The notes: generated from the sequence alone by a model not told the origin. A stretch of 63,785 nt of DNA, filler included, from Octopus bimaculoides (GCF_001194135.2; 9 parts of 9 records of this genome joined end to end with filler, not necessarily neighbours in it), one strand, 5' to 3'. Shown: positions 50,166-62,414, numbered from the whole stretch's first letter. Numbers and translations are program-made.

Positions 50166-50204
50166 TGAGCTTAATAAAGCAAAACTAATTATTATACTAT
50201 TATT

Positions 50205-52548
50205 AAAGGCGGTGAGCTGACAGAATCATTAAGCACGCCGGCATTTCGTCCCTTTTTTACGTCAATTTCTTACTGGGATCGACTTTGCTCTCCATCTTTT
50301 CGGGATCGATAAATTAGGCATCAATTACGCACTGGGTTCGATGTAATCGACTAGCCCCCAAAATTTCAGGCCTTGTGCATATAGTAGAACGGATTATTAT
50401 TAATAATATTATTAAAATAGTGTATGGAGTGGATAAATAAATTATAAGGGCCTTGAAAACTTATGCGGCTGAAGGATGACTTTTTTTTCTCTGCATCCGG
50501 GTGTGGATGTGTGCGCATGTTGTACCCTGAATCACTATTTGATCATTAATACCCTCGCCAACTTGGGTACCCTATCTTGGAAGGGCATCTTTCACTAGTA
50601 CTGTCAGGTATTTCATGTAGTAATATTGTGTTTTGTGTTCTTCTTACCCTTTTACTCCATCCATGTACGTTATAAAAATGTACCCTACTGATTTCTGTTT
50701 TAGTATTTCGTCTTTGCTATTGTGTTGTATTCGCTTATTTGGCCCTTGTGGCCAATAAAAAATCAGTAGATCTGATTTAAAAATGAGAAGGCGGATTAAG
50801 ACCGCGAGCTGGCAGAACCAATTAGCACCCCGGACAAAATGCGTAAGCAGTATATCGTCTTGTCTTTTTACGTTCCGAGTTCAAACTCCAACCGAGATCA
50901 ACTTTGCCTTTCATACTTTTGTGGGTCGATAAAATAAGTACTAGGCGAGCACTGGGATCGATGTAATCGACTTGACCCCTCCCACCAAAATTAGAGCCCT
51001 TTTGCTTAAATCAGAAGAAATCCTTATGTAATACGGTAGTGGCAGTATCGTTAGAGAACATCGGACAAAATACTTTTTCAGTATTTCTTCCGTTCCTTTA
51101 CGTTCTGCGTTCAAATCCTGCTACCGTCATCAACTTTACATGTCAGTTTTTCGGATTCGATTCGGCAAAATTAAATCGAAACACCACTCAAAGTACTGAG
51201 ATCAATTCATTTCAACAAATTCTCCAGCCCTACCCCACTGCTACAATTTCTTCCCTTCTTCTGGCTGCAAGAATTTAGTATTAGCATTATTTATTAATTA
51301 ATGCATGAACTTAATAATAGTTTTATTGTATGATAATATTAATAGTTTTAGTAATTCTATGCATGTACCAGTTCTAAAAATAGGAGGGCCCACAGACAGG
51401 ATCGAAACAGACAGGTAGTTTTACAGACAAGTAACTGCTATTTTACTCGCTCTTCGTTCAAATTTTATATTTTTTCTTAGCATTTTATTTATAAATTATG
51501 ACTTTCCATCACACATCTATACGAGAAAGTGACAGACAGACAGACAGAGAAACGGGCAGGAATGCATTGCAAAGTGGTCAACACGTATACCTGTATATGT
51601 TAGTGGAGCTTGTGGTATCAACTCACGATTGATAAATCTTTGGATTTGAACTTATAACACTACATATATATTAATTAAGAGTATGAAGACCAACGCACAT
51701 TCGTTCGTTCGTACGTGCGCGCATGCGTGTGTGCGTGCGCGCGCGCGCGCGCGCGCAAGTTGAATGACTGATCCCTACGTCTTTTACGAAGCATATTTGA
51801 AACAAGGAAACTGAAAAGATAATTTGGAAGGAACTATTCTAACTAACCACCACCACGTAAACTATTCCAACCATTAAAATCTACTAACACCATACTATGA
51901 ACGATTGTCACCACACTATGTAAAAAAAACCACCAGTGGTCAGTAACTACCGTAGTCACCGAAACACTAAAAGGACCCCCCCCCCAAAAAAAAAACCCAG
52001 CTTAGTTCCCGAATTCAAATCCTGCCGGGGTCCCAACTTTTCCTTTCTTCCCCACGTGTTTGATAAAATACCTAACTTTTAATTTTTTTTCTCCATGTGT
52101 TTGATAAAATACCAGTGATGTAAACTAACAAGGCTCCGCTTCCCCAAATGTCAGGGCCGCGTGCCTTGTTGTATTCGAAATTAGTTGGCAGACTCGTTAG
52201 TGCGTCGGACAAAATGCTTAAACGCCATTTGTTCTGGATCATTGACATTCTGCGTTCAAATTCCACCGAGATCAACTTAGATATTATATGTAATCCGACT
52301 AGCTCTCTCCACCGAAATTTCAGTCCTTGCGCCTATTAGCAGAAAGGATTGTCATCATCATCATTAATATTATTGTTGTTGAGGCGATAGGCCGGCAGAT
52401 TGCTAGCGCGTTCGACAAAATAAATGAGGAGCAGGGTTTCTTCAAAGCTATTTACGCTCCGAGTTCAAATTCCGCCGAGGTCGTCTTTGCACTTTAAATC
52501 GATATTATCAACCAAAATTACTGGCCTTGTGCCAAAATATGAAACCAA
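50205..52548 (+). mobile_element. Cluster of six plus-strand SINE family B copies (~50205-50395, 50801-51020, 51040-51190, 52005-52170, 52180-52350, 52383-52548)
   Basis: The core gagttcaaattcc..cgag.tc.actt recurs in the same orientation. Confidence 0.8.
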
Positions 52549-53058
52549 TATTGTTAGTATTATATTAAACGTCTCAGATTAGTTTAAAGGAAAGGTTAAA
52601 TGGAATGGAATGGTAAGTAATGTTGAAAAATAATTTTCCTGACATTTTTTTACCCAGAAGAATTGTATCGGGCGAATTGCGGAATTGATCGAGGAAAATG
52701 CCGGAATTGAAACCGGGTTTCTGGAGATATTGCATGAGAATTAAGTTTTGCATTTTCCGTCACTAAAGCTATTCATATTTCACATGAACGAATAAAGGGC
52801 TGCATCGTTGTGTGTGTGTGTGTGTGTGTGTGTGTATGCGTGTGCGTGTGTGTGTGTAATAGCAAGCGAGTTTTATTTATTTACGTACAGTTCTTTTCCT
52901 AATTGTTGTGAAGGTGCGTGATTGAAAACAGTAGTGCGCGCACGCACACACATGATATGAATGCATGTATATATAAGTGTGCGTGTGTGTATATTGAAAG
53001 TATAGTAGACGACAAATCAAACACTTGTGAAGATCCTTCCAACTCACCTGAGCGTATG

Positions 53059-53097
<39 letters not shown>

Positions 53098-53249
53098 ATA
53101 ACAATACACTCATCAACTCACTTACACATATACATTAAAATTTACGCGAAAAGGTTGACAGTAACTTCGAGGTTTTTTCGCCTTGCTCGCCTTCATGAAC
53201 GACATTTTGCAAGGAACCACTATACACAAAATGTGTGCGTGTGTGTGTG

Positions 53250-53327
<78 letters not shown>

Positions 53328-53811
53328 GGTTTATGTATATATATAAATATATATATGTATATATATATATATAAGTATATATATATGTATATATATATAT
53401 CTAAGTATATATATATATGTATATACAGATAGATAGATAGATAGTACATATACACAGGTGTCTATAAATATATAAATGGTCAGTTTAACGTGTTTCTAGC
53501 CGGTCCCCTACACTAATTTGTAAATGCAGACAGATATGCTCATTCATACATGATCCCGAAAAAGTCTATAAATGTCTATAAATAATGCAAACTGGTATAC
53601 GCATATGAACGACCGGTGATTTTATTTAATCTATTCCAGGATGTAAATAAACCAATGGAAAAAATCCTTCGTGATGCGATTTGAACGCAAGTTCAATAGA
53701 TCTAATAGAGGGGAAGGTATACTACATAATTACATAACGCAAAGACAAATTTATCTGGCGTTTCCACCCACAACAACAATAATAATAATAATAATAATGC
53801 TGATGATAATG

Positions 53812-54012
53812 GTTTCAAGTTTTGCCACAAGAGTAACAGCTTGGGGGGAGGGAATGGAGTCGATTACATCGACCTTCAGTGTTCAAGTGGTATTTATTTT
53901 ATCGACCCCGAAATGATGAAAGGTGAAGTCGACGTCGACGGAATTTGAACTCAGAACGAAAAGACGGATTTTTCGCCAGCGTGCTCACGGTTCTGCCAGC
54001 TCGCCGCCCTTA
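53812..54012 (-). mobile_element. SINE family B
   Basis: Reverse-complement core ending ttctgccagctcgccgccc. Confidence 0.85.
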
Positions 54013-54315
54013 TGTAATAATAATAATAATAATAATAGTAGTAGTAGTAGTAATAATAATAATAATAATGATAATAATTTTCTTATAGAGGCACACTGAC
54101 TGTACATTTTGGCGGGAAAGTGACTGGGTGTATAGAAATCAATAGATTAATATCGAGCCGTGTACTTTTTGACAGGTACTTATTGGAGAATGAATGGTAG
54201 AGTTAACTCCAACAGGAATTGAACCCTTACCATAGACGGATCAGCTACCTACCTACCTACCTATCCTCTTCACTTGGTTCTGTCTCTAATGTGTATATGT
54301 ATGTATGTATGTATA

Positions 54316-54355
<40 letters not shown>

Positions 54356-54861
54356 TATATATGTATATATATACATATATATGCACATATATATATATGC
54401 ATATACGTATATATATATATATATATATATATACATACATACATATACACACACACTTTTCGTATACACTAATATATACATATATAAAAATATAATCAAT
54501 GTGTGTGTGTGTGTGTGTGTGTATATTATTGTAATATGCATACAAGATACGTTATGTATAACATACATATATACATTAACACATACACAAATGAGTAGCG
54601 CTAATTTAATTAATTGCCTTGTACACGCAGTAATAATACAGAATTAATACAAGGTTTCAGGTATACTAAGCAAATAAGATGCTGTGACGTTTATGCCTTT
54701 CTCTTATATACTACAAACAACTTCCTGTTCGTTAATTTATGCGAAGTGAGAAAATTTACCGAAAATTTAACCTTATGGAAGAATCGAACCCGCGACTTAT
54801 TTGCTATAATTTATTTTCTGCATTAGACGGAAAACGCTCAATATTTTAGATTAAAAAAAGA

Positions 54862-55026
54862 GCAGCGAGCTGGCAGAAACGTTCTGAGTTCAAATTCCGC
54901 CGGGGTCGACTTTGCTTTTCATCCTTTCGGGTTCGATAAATTAAGTACCAGTCGCGTACTGGGATCGATCTAATCGACTGGCCCCCTCCCCAAAAATTTC
55001 GGGCCTCGTGTCTAGAGTAGAAAAGT
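54862..55026 (+). mobile_element. SINE family B with an internal deletion between two ACGTT repeats
   Basis: gagctggcagaaacgtt|ctgagttc versus gaaacgttagcacg...tttacgttctgag in the 22429 copy. Confidence 0.88.
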
Positions 55027-55082
55027 ATATTTTAGATTAAAGATAAGTTCCCCATACTGTAGAGTCATTTATTTAAAAATTA

Positions 55083-55169
55083 GACATTAAGTTGAATGCA
55101 CCGGTTCTCCGTCGAACCTAGCGAGTAACTTAGATCGGTGACCGCTTGGAAAACTTAGGTGCTGTAAAC
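55083..55169 (+). pseudogene. 5S rRNA pseudogene with an internal deletion of about 23 nt
   Basis: gttgaatgcaccggttctc|cgtcgaacctagcgagtaacttagatcggtgaccgcttggaaaacttaggtgctgtaaac aligns by eye to invertebrate 5S (GUUGAAAACACCGGUUCUC...CGUCGAGCC.GGUUAGUACUUGGAUGGGUGACCGCCUGGGAAUAC.GGUG.UGUAGAC); the box A segment is missing. Confidence 0.75.
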
Positions 55170-55185
55170 ATATCACAGTTTTTAA

Positions 55186-55290
55186 AGGCGCAGTCGTGGC
55201 TTTGTGGTAGTAAGAAGCTAGCTTCCCGACCTCATGGTTCCGGGTTCATTCTGACAGCGTGGCACCTTGGGCAAACTGCCTTCTAGTTAT
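55186..55290 (+). mobile_element. SINE family C head fragment
   Basis: ggcgcagtcgtggctttgtggtagtaagaagctagcttcc...ggcaccttgggcaa. Confidence 0.75.
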
Positions 55291-55381
55291 ATCCACGGGA
55301 TGGTCAAGACTGAAAAGCCTTTATTTTTAAGAATTATCATTACGCATCGCTTTTTGAACTTTCTCTCAATATCCTCTTCTA

Positions 55382-55575
55382 CTCTAGGCACAAGCCCCGA
55401 ATGTTTGTGGGGGAGGAGAAGTCGATTAGATAACTCCAATACGCAACTGGTACTTAATTTACCGACCCGAAAAAATGAAAAGCAAAGTCGATCTCGGTGG
55501 AATTAGAACTTAGAACGTAACACCGCCAAGCCTTTTCGGCCGGCATGCTACCGTTTCTGCCAGCTAAGCCGCCTT
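55382..55575 (-). mobile_element. SINE family B
   Basis: Reverse-complement core present. Confidence 0.82.
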
Positions 55576-55797
55576 AACTTTCTCTCAATATCAAGAGCTT
55601 ACTGGATAAATTAATACATAGATCTACAATGCATAAAGGATTAAAATTAAAACGTGAAGATAACGATTGAGATCTTTCTTAATTAGAAGAAGGCCTGCTT
55701 GATCGGGTCTGATTTGGTCTCAGCAACTACGATGTATGTAAATGACACAAAATCAGAACATCCTTCATCCGAAAGAATAGAGAGAAATACATTAAAC

Positions 55798-56200
55798 GCA
55801 GGCGTGGTTGTGTTCTAGGAAGCTTGCTTCCCAACCAACATGTTTCCGGGTTCAGTCCCATTGCGTTGCACCGTGGGCAAGCGTTTCCCACGATATAGCT
55901 TCGGGTCGACCAAAGAATTGTTGGCGGATTTGGTAGATGGAAACTTAAAGAAGCGTGTTGTATACATATGTATGTGTATGTGTCTTAATGTCTGTGTTTG
56001 TCCACCACCAACGCTTTACGACCGGTGTTGGTGCGTTTACGTACCATGTATGTTAGCGGTACGGCAAACGATATCGATAGAATAAGTACCAGTCATTAAA
56101 AAGAAATATTGGGGGTCGATCGGTACATTCCATTAAAATTGTTCAAGGCGATGCCCCAGTATGGCCGCAGACTGATAATAACAGGAACAAGTAAATAAAC
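55798..56200 (+). mobile_element. SINE family C, full length
   Basis: Head gcaggcgtggttgtgttctaggaagcttgcttcccaacc; tail gccccagtatggccgcag. Confidence 0.85.
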
Positions 56201-56362
56201 AAAAAAAAAAGGAGAGAGAAAAGATATTAATGATTTTGTGCTGCAGGGTACTTTCGCTTTCAGAAGTACCCCGAACAAATGTCTCCGCCACTTCATAACA
56301 TATGTTGTACATTCCAGACCGCCAAAAACAAACAAAAAAAGATAAACCACAGCACCGAAGAG

Positions 56363-56418
<56 letters not shown>

Positions 56419-56632
56419 NNNNNNNNNNNNNNNNNNNNNNNNNNNNNNNNNNNNNNNNNNNNNNNNNNNNNNNNNNNNNNNNNNNNNNNNNNNNNNNNNN
56501 NNNNNNNNNNNNNNNNNNNNNNNNNNNNNNNNNNNNNNNNNNNNNNNNNNNNNNNNNNNNNNNNNNNNNNNNNNNNNNNNNNNNNNNNNNNNNNNNNNNN
56601 NNNNNNNNNNNNNNNNNNNNNNNNNNNNNNNN

Positions 56633-56671
<39 letters not shown>

Positions 56672-57333
56672 CATAGGGCAGGGAATCGTCAATTAGTAAT
56701 AAAAATTAATAATTAACAATTTTGCCAAGTAGTTCAGTATGAAAAAACCTTTATCGGTAAAACCATTTATAATCATAAATATACAGGGATTAGCATATAT
56801 ATATTAGTATATATGTACGGTTAGTTAGATATTTTAATTTCAGTTCTGTTTTCATACCTCTTAATTTTTAGTGAACACAAACAGAGATATACATGAATAT
56901 ATTTACACATAAATAATATAAATAATGTATATATAATAAATATATGCGTATATCCATGTAAACACATACATATTATATTATATGCATATAGACATATACA
57001 TATATATAATATATACATATATATCACACACATATATATTATATGCATATTATATACACGTAATACATATCTTTGTATGTATATATAAATGCCCATTAAT
57101 ATTTATATTTTGTATAATTAGTATTTATATAATAAATACATAAGGAATTCTTAATTTCTACTTAAGATATTGCATGTAAAGATGGAGATGAAGGTTTATA
57201 AAATAATATACGAATAATAAGGATAAAAATAATAATAGTAGTGATAATAATAATAATAATAATGATATTAATAATAATAATAATAGTAATAGTAATATTA
57301 ATAAGCACATATAGACATCTCTCTCTGTATATG

Positions 57334-57418
<85 letters not shown>

Positions 57419-58412
57419 TATATATATATATAATGCATATATTATATGTATGTATAATGAGAGAGAGAGAGAATTAGATACATTTACAATACATATAATA
57501 GATACATATAGATATATACAATATGTATATTGTAAATATTTATATCCGTCTATAAATATATGTATTAAATACCTATATATATATATATTTATATATATAT
57601 TTATATATTATATTATATTATATACAGGCTTTGTATGCAACACCTACAGAGGGGCACGCACACACACACACAACTTTATATTAAGTATATTTATTTCTTG
57701 GGATATAAAATTTTGAAAATTACCGCAAGAATAATAAAAATTCGATACCAGATTATAATAATGGTCGGAAGTATTTATAATGTAGGCAGATGTAAGGCTG
57801 AAAACGATCTGTTAAAGTGTGTGTGGACACAGTAAACACACACACACACACACGGGTGCGCGAAGGAACTGAACTTCCTAATTATGGAATTGCATTTTTG
57901 GTCGTAAATCTCTGGAACTTGTTAAATGAGAAATTTTGTTTTCTACCTGATCAAGCGCAAAAAGGTCACCACTAGTAATGTTTTCTTCTTAATTAAACAA
58001 AATGAAAATATTTTATTTTAGTCGATTTGTTTCATTCGTACATCGTTATTATATATTTATTTTCAAATTGTTTATCTTTTACTGGTTTCAACCCTGGGTT
58101 GATGCCATGCTGGTTTAAATTATTTAAGGTCTTTTTTTTTTTTTTTGTACTTGACTTGGCACCACGGTGCAATTTGCAGTTGGCCTATAAGAAAATAAGG
58201 ATTAAAAGTATCCGACCTTTCGCGCTAGATTCTACCTGAAGTTCGAAAGTCTTGTCAATTCGCTACGATTCGAAGGGTGCGAACACACACACACACGTCT
58301 TTTCGCCATTACAAATTTACTTATTAATAGCGACGATTGTTTAAGCAAAACGCACACACACACTCGCACAAGTTTTTTGTGTGTATATCTAAATATATGC
58401 AAGTTTATTATA

Positions 58413-58458
<46 letters not shown>

Positions 58459-58794
58459 TATATATATATACGCACATATATATAGGTATGCATATGTATA
58501 TATATGTGCATATATTGAATTTATATGTGGATTTATACGTGTATTACACATACACAACCACACATACATCAAATATGAATAGCAGTACCTTATATACAGC
58601 ATATATAACAGATCATATATATAGTCTATATATATGTATAATATAAATAAATATAATAGATTGTTATAATATACACTTTCGTAATATATTACACATAACA
58701 AATAAAATTATCATTATTATATATATATATATTATATATATAATACATATACGTAACAGTTATATATTATATATATAAAACACACAAACACACG

Positions 58795-58843
<49 letters not shown>

Positions 58844-59128
58844 CTTATTCTGTAATTATCATTATTACTAACATCAGAATTGTACATTAATCTGGCAATA
58901 AGCATATTAATGAGAAGCAGTAAATCTTTGTTACTTTTGTTCCAGAAGTATTTTTGAACGAAACAAAGCGTCTATTGTTGCACTCAATGTTGTTATTATT
59001 ACAAAATAGCTATCTCACTAAGAATTACNNNNNNNNNNNNNNNNNNNNNNNNNNNNNNNNNNNNNNNNNNNNTTAATTAATTAANNNNNNNNNNNNNNNN
59101 NNNNNNNNNNNNNNNNNNNNNNNNNNNN

Positions 59129-59390
59129 GAAACAATTCCTATCATAGTAGGTGCCTTAGGTATAATAAAAAAATATTCAGACAAATACATAACAAAAATA
59201 CCAAGACTTACAAATATATATAACATACAGAAAATTGCACTACTGGGTACTGCACACATTCTACGCAAAACACTTTCAATACAGTAAACATAAGAGCACC
59301 ACAGCAAACCACAGCACATACCCAAGGCGCACAGAGCTGCGCTCGGTAGTGAAGTGAAATCACGTTATAAAAATAAAACTACTGATCAAT
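59129..59390 (+). mobile_element. R4/Dong-like non-LTR retrotransposon 3' end: ORF tail 59129-59287, 3' UTR and (AAT)n tail
   Basis: ETIPIIVGALGIIKK..IQKIALLGTAHILRKTLSIQ* matches the C-terminus of restriction-like endonuclease LINEs (PxVxGALG..QKxALLGTAxILR); uninterrupted frame; 5' part lies in a gap. Confidence 0.8.
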
Positions 59391-59423
59391 AATAATAATA
59401 ATAATAATAACAACAACAACAAC

Positions 59424-59605
59424 ATCGAAAAATATTGTAGGAATGAGAACCCAGGTTCGAAATTTCCCCAAGACACCTGATGAAGGCTAGAGAATATATC
59501 AGCCAAAACGTTGTGCTAAAAACAAACAAGATGAGGACAAATATCCGTCAAATGTAAATAATGTAAATAATGTACATAATTCCTCATCTCTTAAATATAG
59601 AACAG
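59424..59605 (+). mobile_element. Solo family E PLE pseudo-LTR fragment; hammerhead at 59472-59517 with GAAA changed to AAAA
   Basis: gacac-ctgatga-aggctag..tcagcc-AAAACGTT-gtgct, then the same gaggacaaatatccgtcaaatgtaaataatg tail as at 7.0 kb. Confidence 0.8.
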
Positions 59606-59639
59606 TAATCACAATACCCGTCACCCCCGCACCCCGAAC

Positions 59640-60090
59640 AGGATACTAGGCCGTTGTAATCTGGCTTATTTAACTTACAGCTGGGTGGATTGTAGTAACG
59701 GGAAAAGAAGTGTTTTGCTCAAGATCTAAATGCATCTCCGGGTCAGGAATCGAAACCACGTTCTTGTGACTGCGATAGTAGAAGACCCTGGGATCGGGAC
59801 GCCAGTCCGTTGCAGGGTAGCTTAATTAACTTACAGTTGGGTGGACTGGAGCAACGAGGGAAAGAAGAGCAAAATACATCGCCAAGCCAGGAATCGAAAC
59901 CACATTCTTGTGACCGCGATAGTCGTCCCTCGAACGGGATTCCGATTTGTTGCTGGGTTACACATTTAACTAACAGCTGGGTTTTCAGGAGCAGTAGGGA
60001 AAAAGAAGTGTTTATTTATTTATTTATTTATTGTCAAGAACAAAATGCCCCGCCGGGTCAGGAATCGAAACTATAATCCTGCGACTGAAA
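59640..60090 (-). mobile_element. Three tandem degenerate copies of a tRNA/CORE-like SINE 5' half (family F)
   Basis: ggaatcgaaac (reverse-complement B box) at 59746, 59890 and 60061; ttaac.tacag.tgggt at ~59670, 59826 and 59966. Confidence 0.7.
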
Positions 60091-60263
60091 TCAAAATATA
60101 TATGTATGTATATATGTATATATATGTATATATATGTATACATGTATATATGTGTATATATATNNNNNNNNNNNNNNNNNNNNNNNNNNNNNNNNNNNNN
60201 NNNNNNNNNNNNNNNNNNNNNNNNNNNNNNNNNNNNNNNNNNNNNNNNNNNNNNNNNNNNNNN

Positions 60264-60307
<44 letters not shown>

Positions 60308-60692
60308 TAGATTCACATGTATTAATCTTTCATTTTTATTGTTTCTACTTAATGAACTGCGCCCACGCTGGGGCATAGTATTGAGGCTTGATAGTCGATG
60401 ATATCGAATGGAGCATGCACTTCAGTCTGCTTCTAGTTTATTGATCTCTATCGAATGATGATTGAATTCTATTATTTGAGCCAATACTGGATATTATGCC
60501 AGTAAACATCAGCACAAATATAGATACACAGACACACAGAGGCACAAACACACACACACACATACACACACACACACACTCACACACTCATAAACAGACG
60601 TGAATTAACGCGAAAACGTATACATACATGATGTACATACATATACATAACATACATATATATATACATATATATATATATATACATATATA

Positions 60693-61102
60693 TTCTTTTA
60701 CTTGTTTTAGTCATTTTGACTGCGGCCATGCTGGAGCACACCTTTAGTCGAGCAAATCGACCCCGAGACTTATTCTTTGTAAGCCTAGTACTTATTCTAT
60801 CGCCCTCTTTTTGCCGAACCGCTAAGTGACAGGGACATAAACACACCAGCATCGGTTGTCAAGCAATGCTAGGGGGACAAACACACACACACACACACAC
60901 GCACGCACACACACACACACACACGNNNNNNNNNNNNNNNNNNNNNNNNNATATATACATATATATACGACGGGCTTCTTTCAGTTTCCGTCTACCAAAT
61001 CCACTCACAAGGCTTTGGTCGGCCCGAGGCTATAGTAGAAGACACTTGCCCAAGATGCCACGCAGTGGGACTGAACCCAGAACCATGTGGTTGGTAAGCA
61101 AG
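60693..61102 (-). mobile_element. SINE family C
   Basis: Near-identical to 22893-23285. Confidence 0.9.
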
Positions 61103-61146
61103 CTATATGTATGTATGTATACATATATATATATATATATATATAT

Positions 61147-61400
61147 GCTCGTAGCCTAGTGGTTAGGTTGTTGGACTCATGTTCCCTTGATCGTGGGTTC
61201 GATTCCCTGCCTGGGCGGCACGTTATGGTCTTGAGCAAAACACTCCATTTCACATTTCCACAGCTCCCCTTTCGAATGTTGGCCTGCTCAACTAGCCAGC
61301 GAGGTGGCGTCGTTTGAAGGCTAAAACAATGCAAAAGCACATTGTGACCAGCGACGTGCAACAACAACTGATCGCCTTGACGGTCGCTCAATTACATGAT
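61147..61400 (+). mobile_element. tRNA-derived SINE family F
   Basis: A-box-like tagcctagtgg, B box gggttcgattccc, CORE-like ggtcttgagcaaaacact. Confidence 0.75.
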
Positions 61401-61667
61401 GTGTGTGTATAAATCTTTACCCTCATGTCCTGGTTTAGTGAAAGAAGATATAGAAAGAGCGATGAGGGAATCAATATGAAGAAGCGAGGCACAATAACAG
61501 CTGCTTAACGTGACTTATTCTGGGTTCAGCGCTGTTGTGTGGCGCTTCTTCGCCGTTTATGCTTTTGTGTTTAATATCAGCCCTGCACAGCTACACACAC
61601 ACAAACACACACACACGCATATATATATATATGGAACACAGAACCATGTGGTTGGGAAGCAAGCCTC

Positions 61668-61893
61668 TTATTTCTTTATTGCCCACAAGGGGGCTAAACA
61701 GAGAGGGGACAAACAAGGACAGACAAAGGGATTACGTCGATTTACATCGACCCCCAGTGCGTAACTGGTACTTGATTTATCGCCCCCGAAAGGATGAAAG
61801 GCAAAGTCGACCTCGGCGAAATTTGAACCCAGAACGAAATACCGCTAAGCTTTCCGCCCGGTGTGCTAACGTTTCTGCCAGTTCGACGCCTTC
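61668..61893 (-). mobile_element. SINE family B (long-tail variant) nested in a family C head
   Basis: Family C head gaaccatgtggttgggaagcaagcctctta|...|accacacagccac is split by the family B copy. Confidence 0.85.
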
Positions 61894-62414
61894 TAACCAC
61901 ACAGCCACTCCAGACAATCATGAACAATGCACCACAGACCAACGCCGTGCGCCTAAATTTTTAGAAGGAAGTGTATTTTATTCAAGTTAGATTTCGTTAG
62001 TAATTTTTAACAGATTCCTCTGCTACGTTCGCTGTGATTGCAATTACGACAAGTTCTTTTGAAAATCACAAAACACCGTTAGTATGAATTAAAATTCCAA
62101 CATATTCATTAATAATATTAACCGTAACTCGACTAATGAATGTGTGAAGAGTTAAGTATAACTTATTAATGGATATCTGTCTGTTTCTCTCTCTCTCTCA
62201 CCCTCTCCCTCTCCTTCGTTGTACATGCATACAATATATACATACAAAAACACAGAGACATGTATATATTATATATGTATATGTATTGTGTAAAGACGTG
62301 TATGTATATATATNNNNNNNNNNNNNNNNNNNNNNNNNNNNNNNNNNNNNNNNNNNNTTAATTAATTAANNNNNNNNNNNNNNNNNNNNNNNNNNNNNNN
62401 NNNNNNNNNNNNNA

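Noticed and set aside
56246-56271. 8-bp hairpin gggtactt...aagtaccc
   Set aside because: Too short to be significant without other support.
909-62369. Long ORFs in the track that span N runs or consist of YI/TH/CV/poly-I/H/M/V/L repeats
   Set aside because: They arise from N blocks without stop codons and from microsatellites; no protein-like content.
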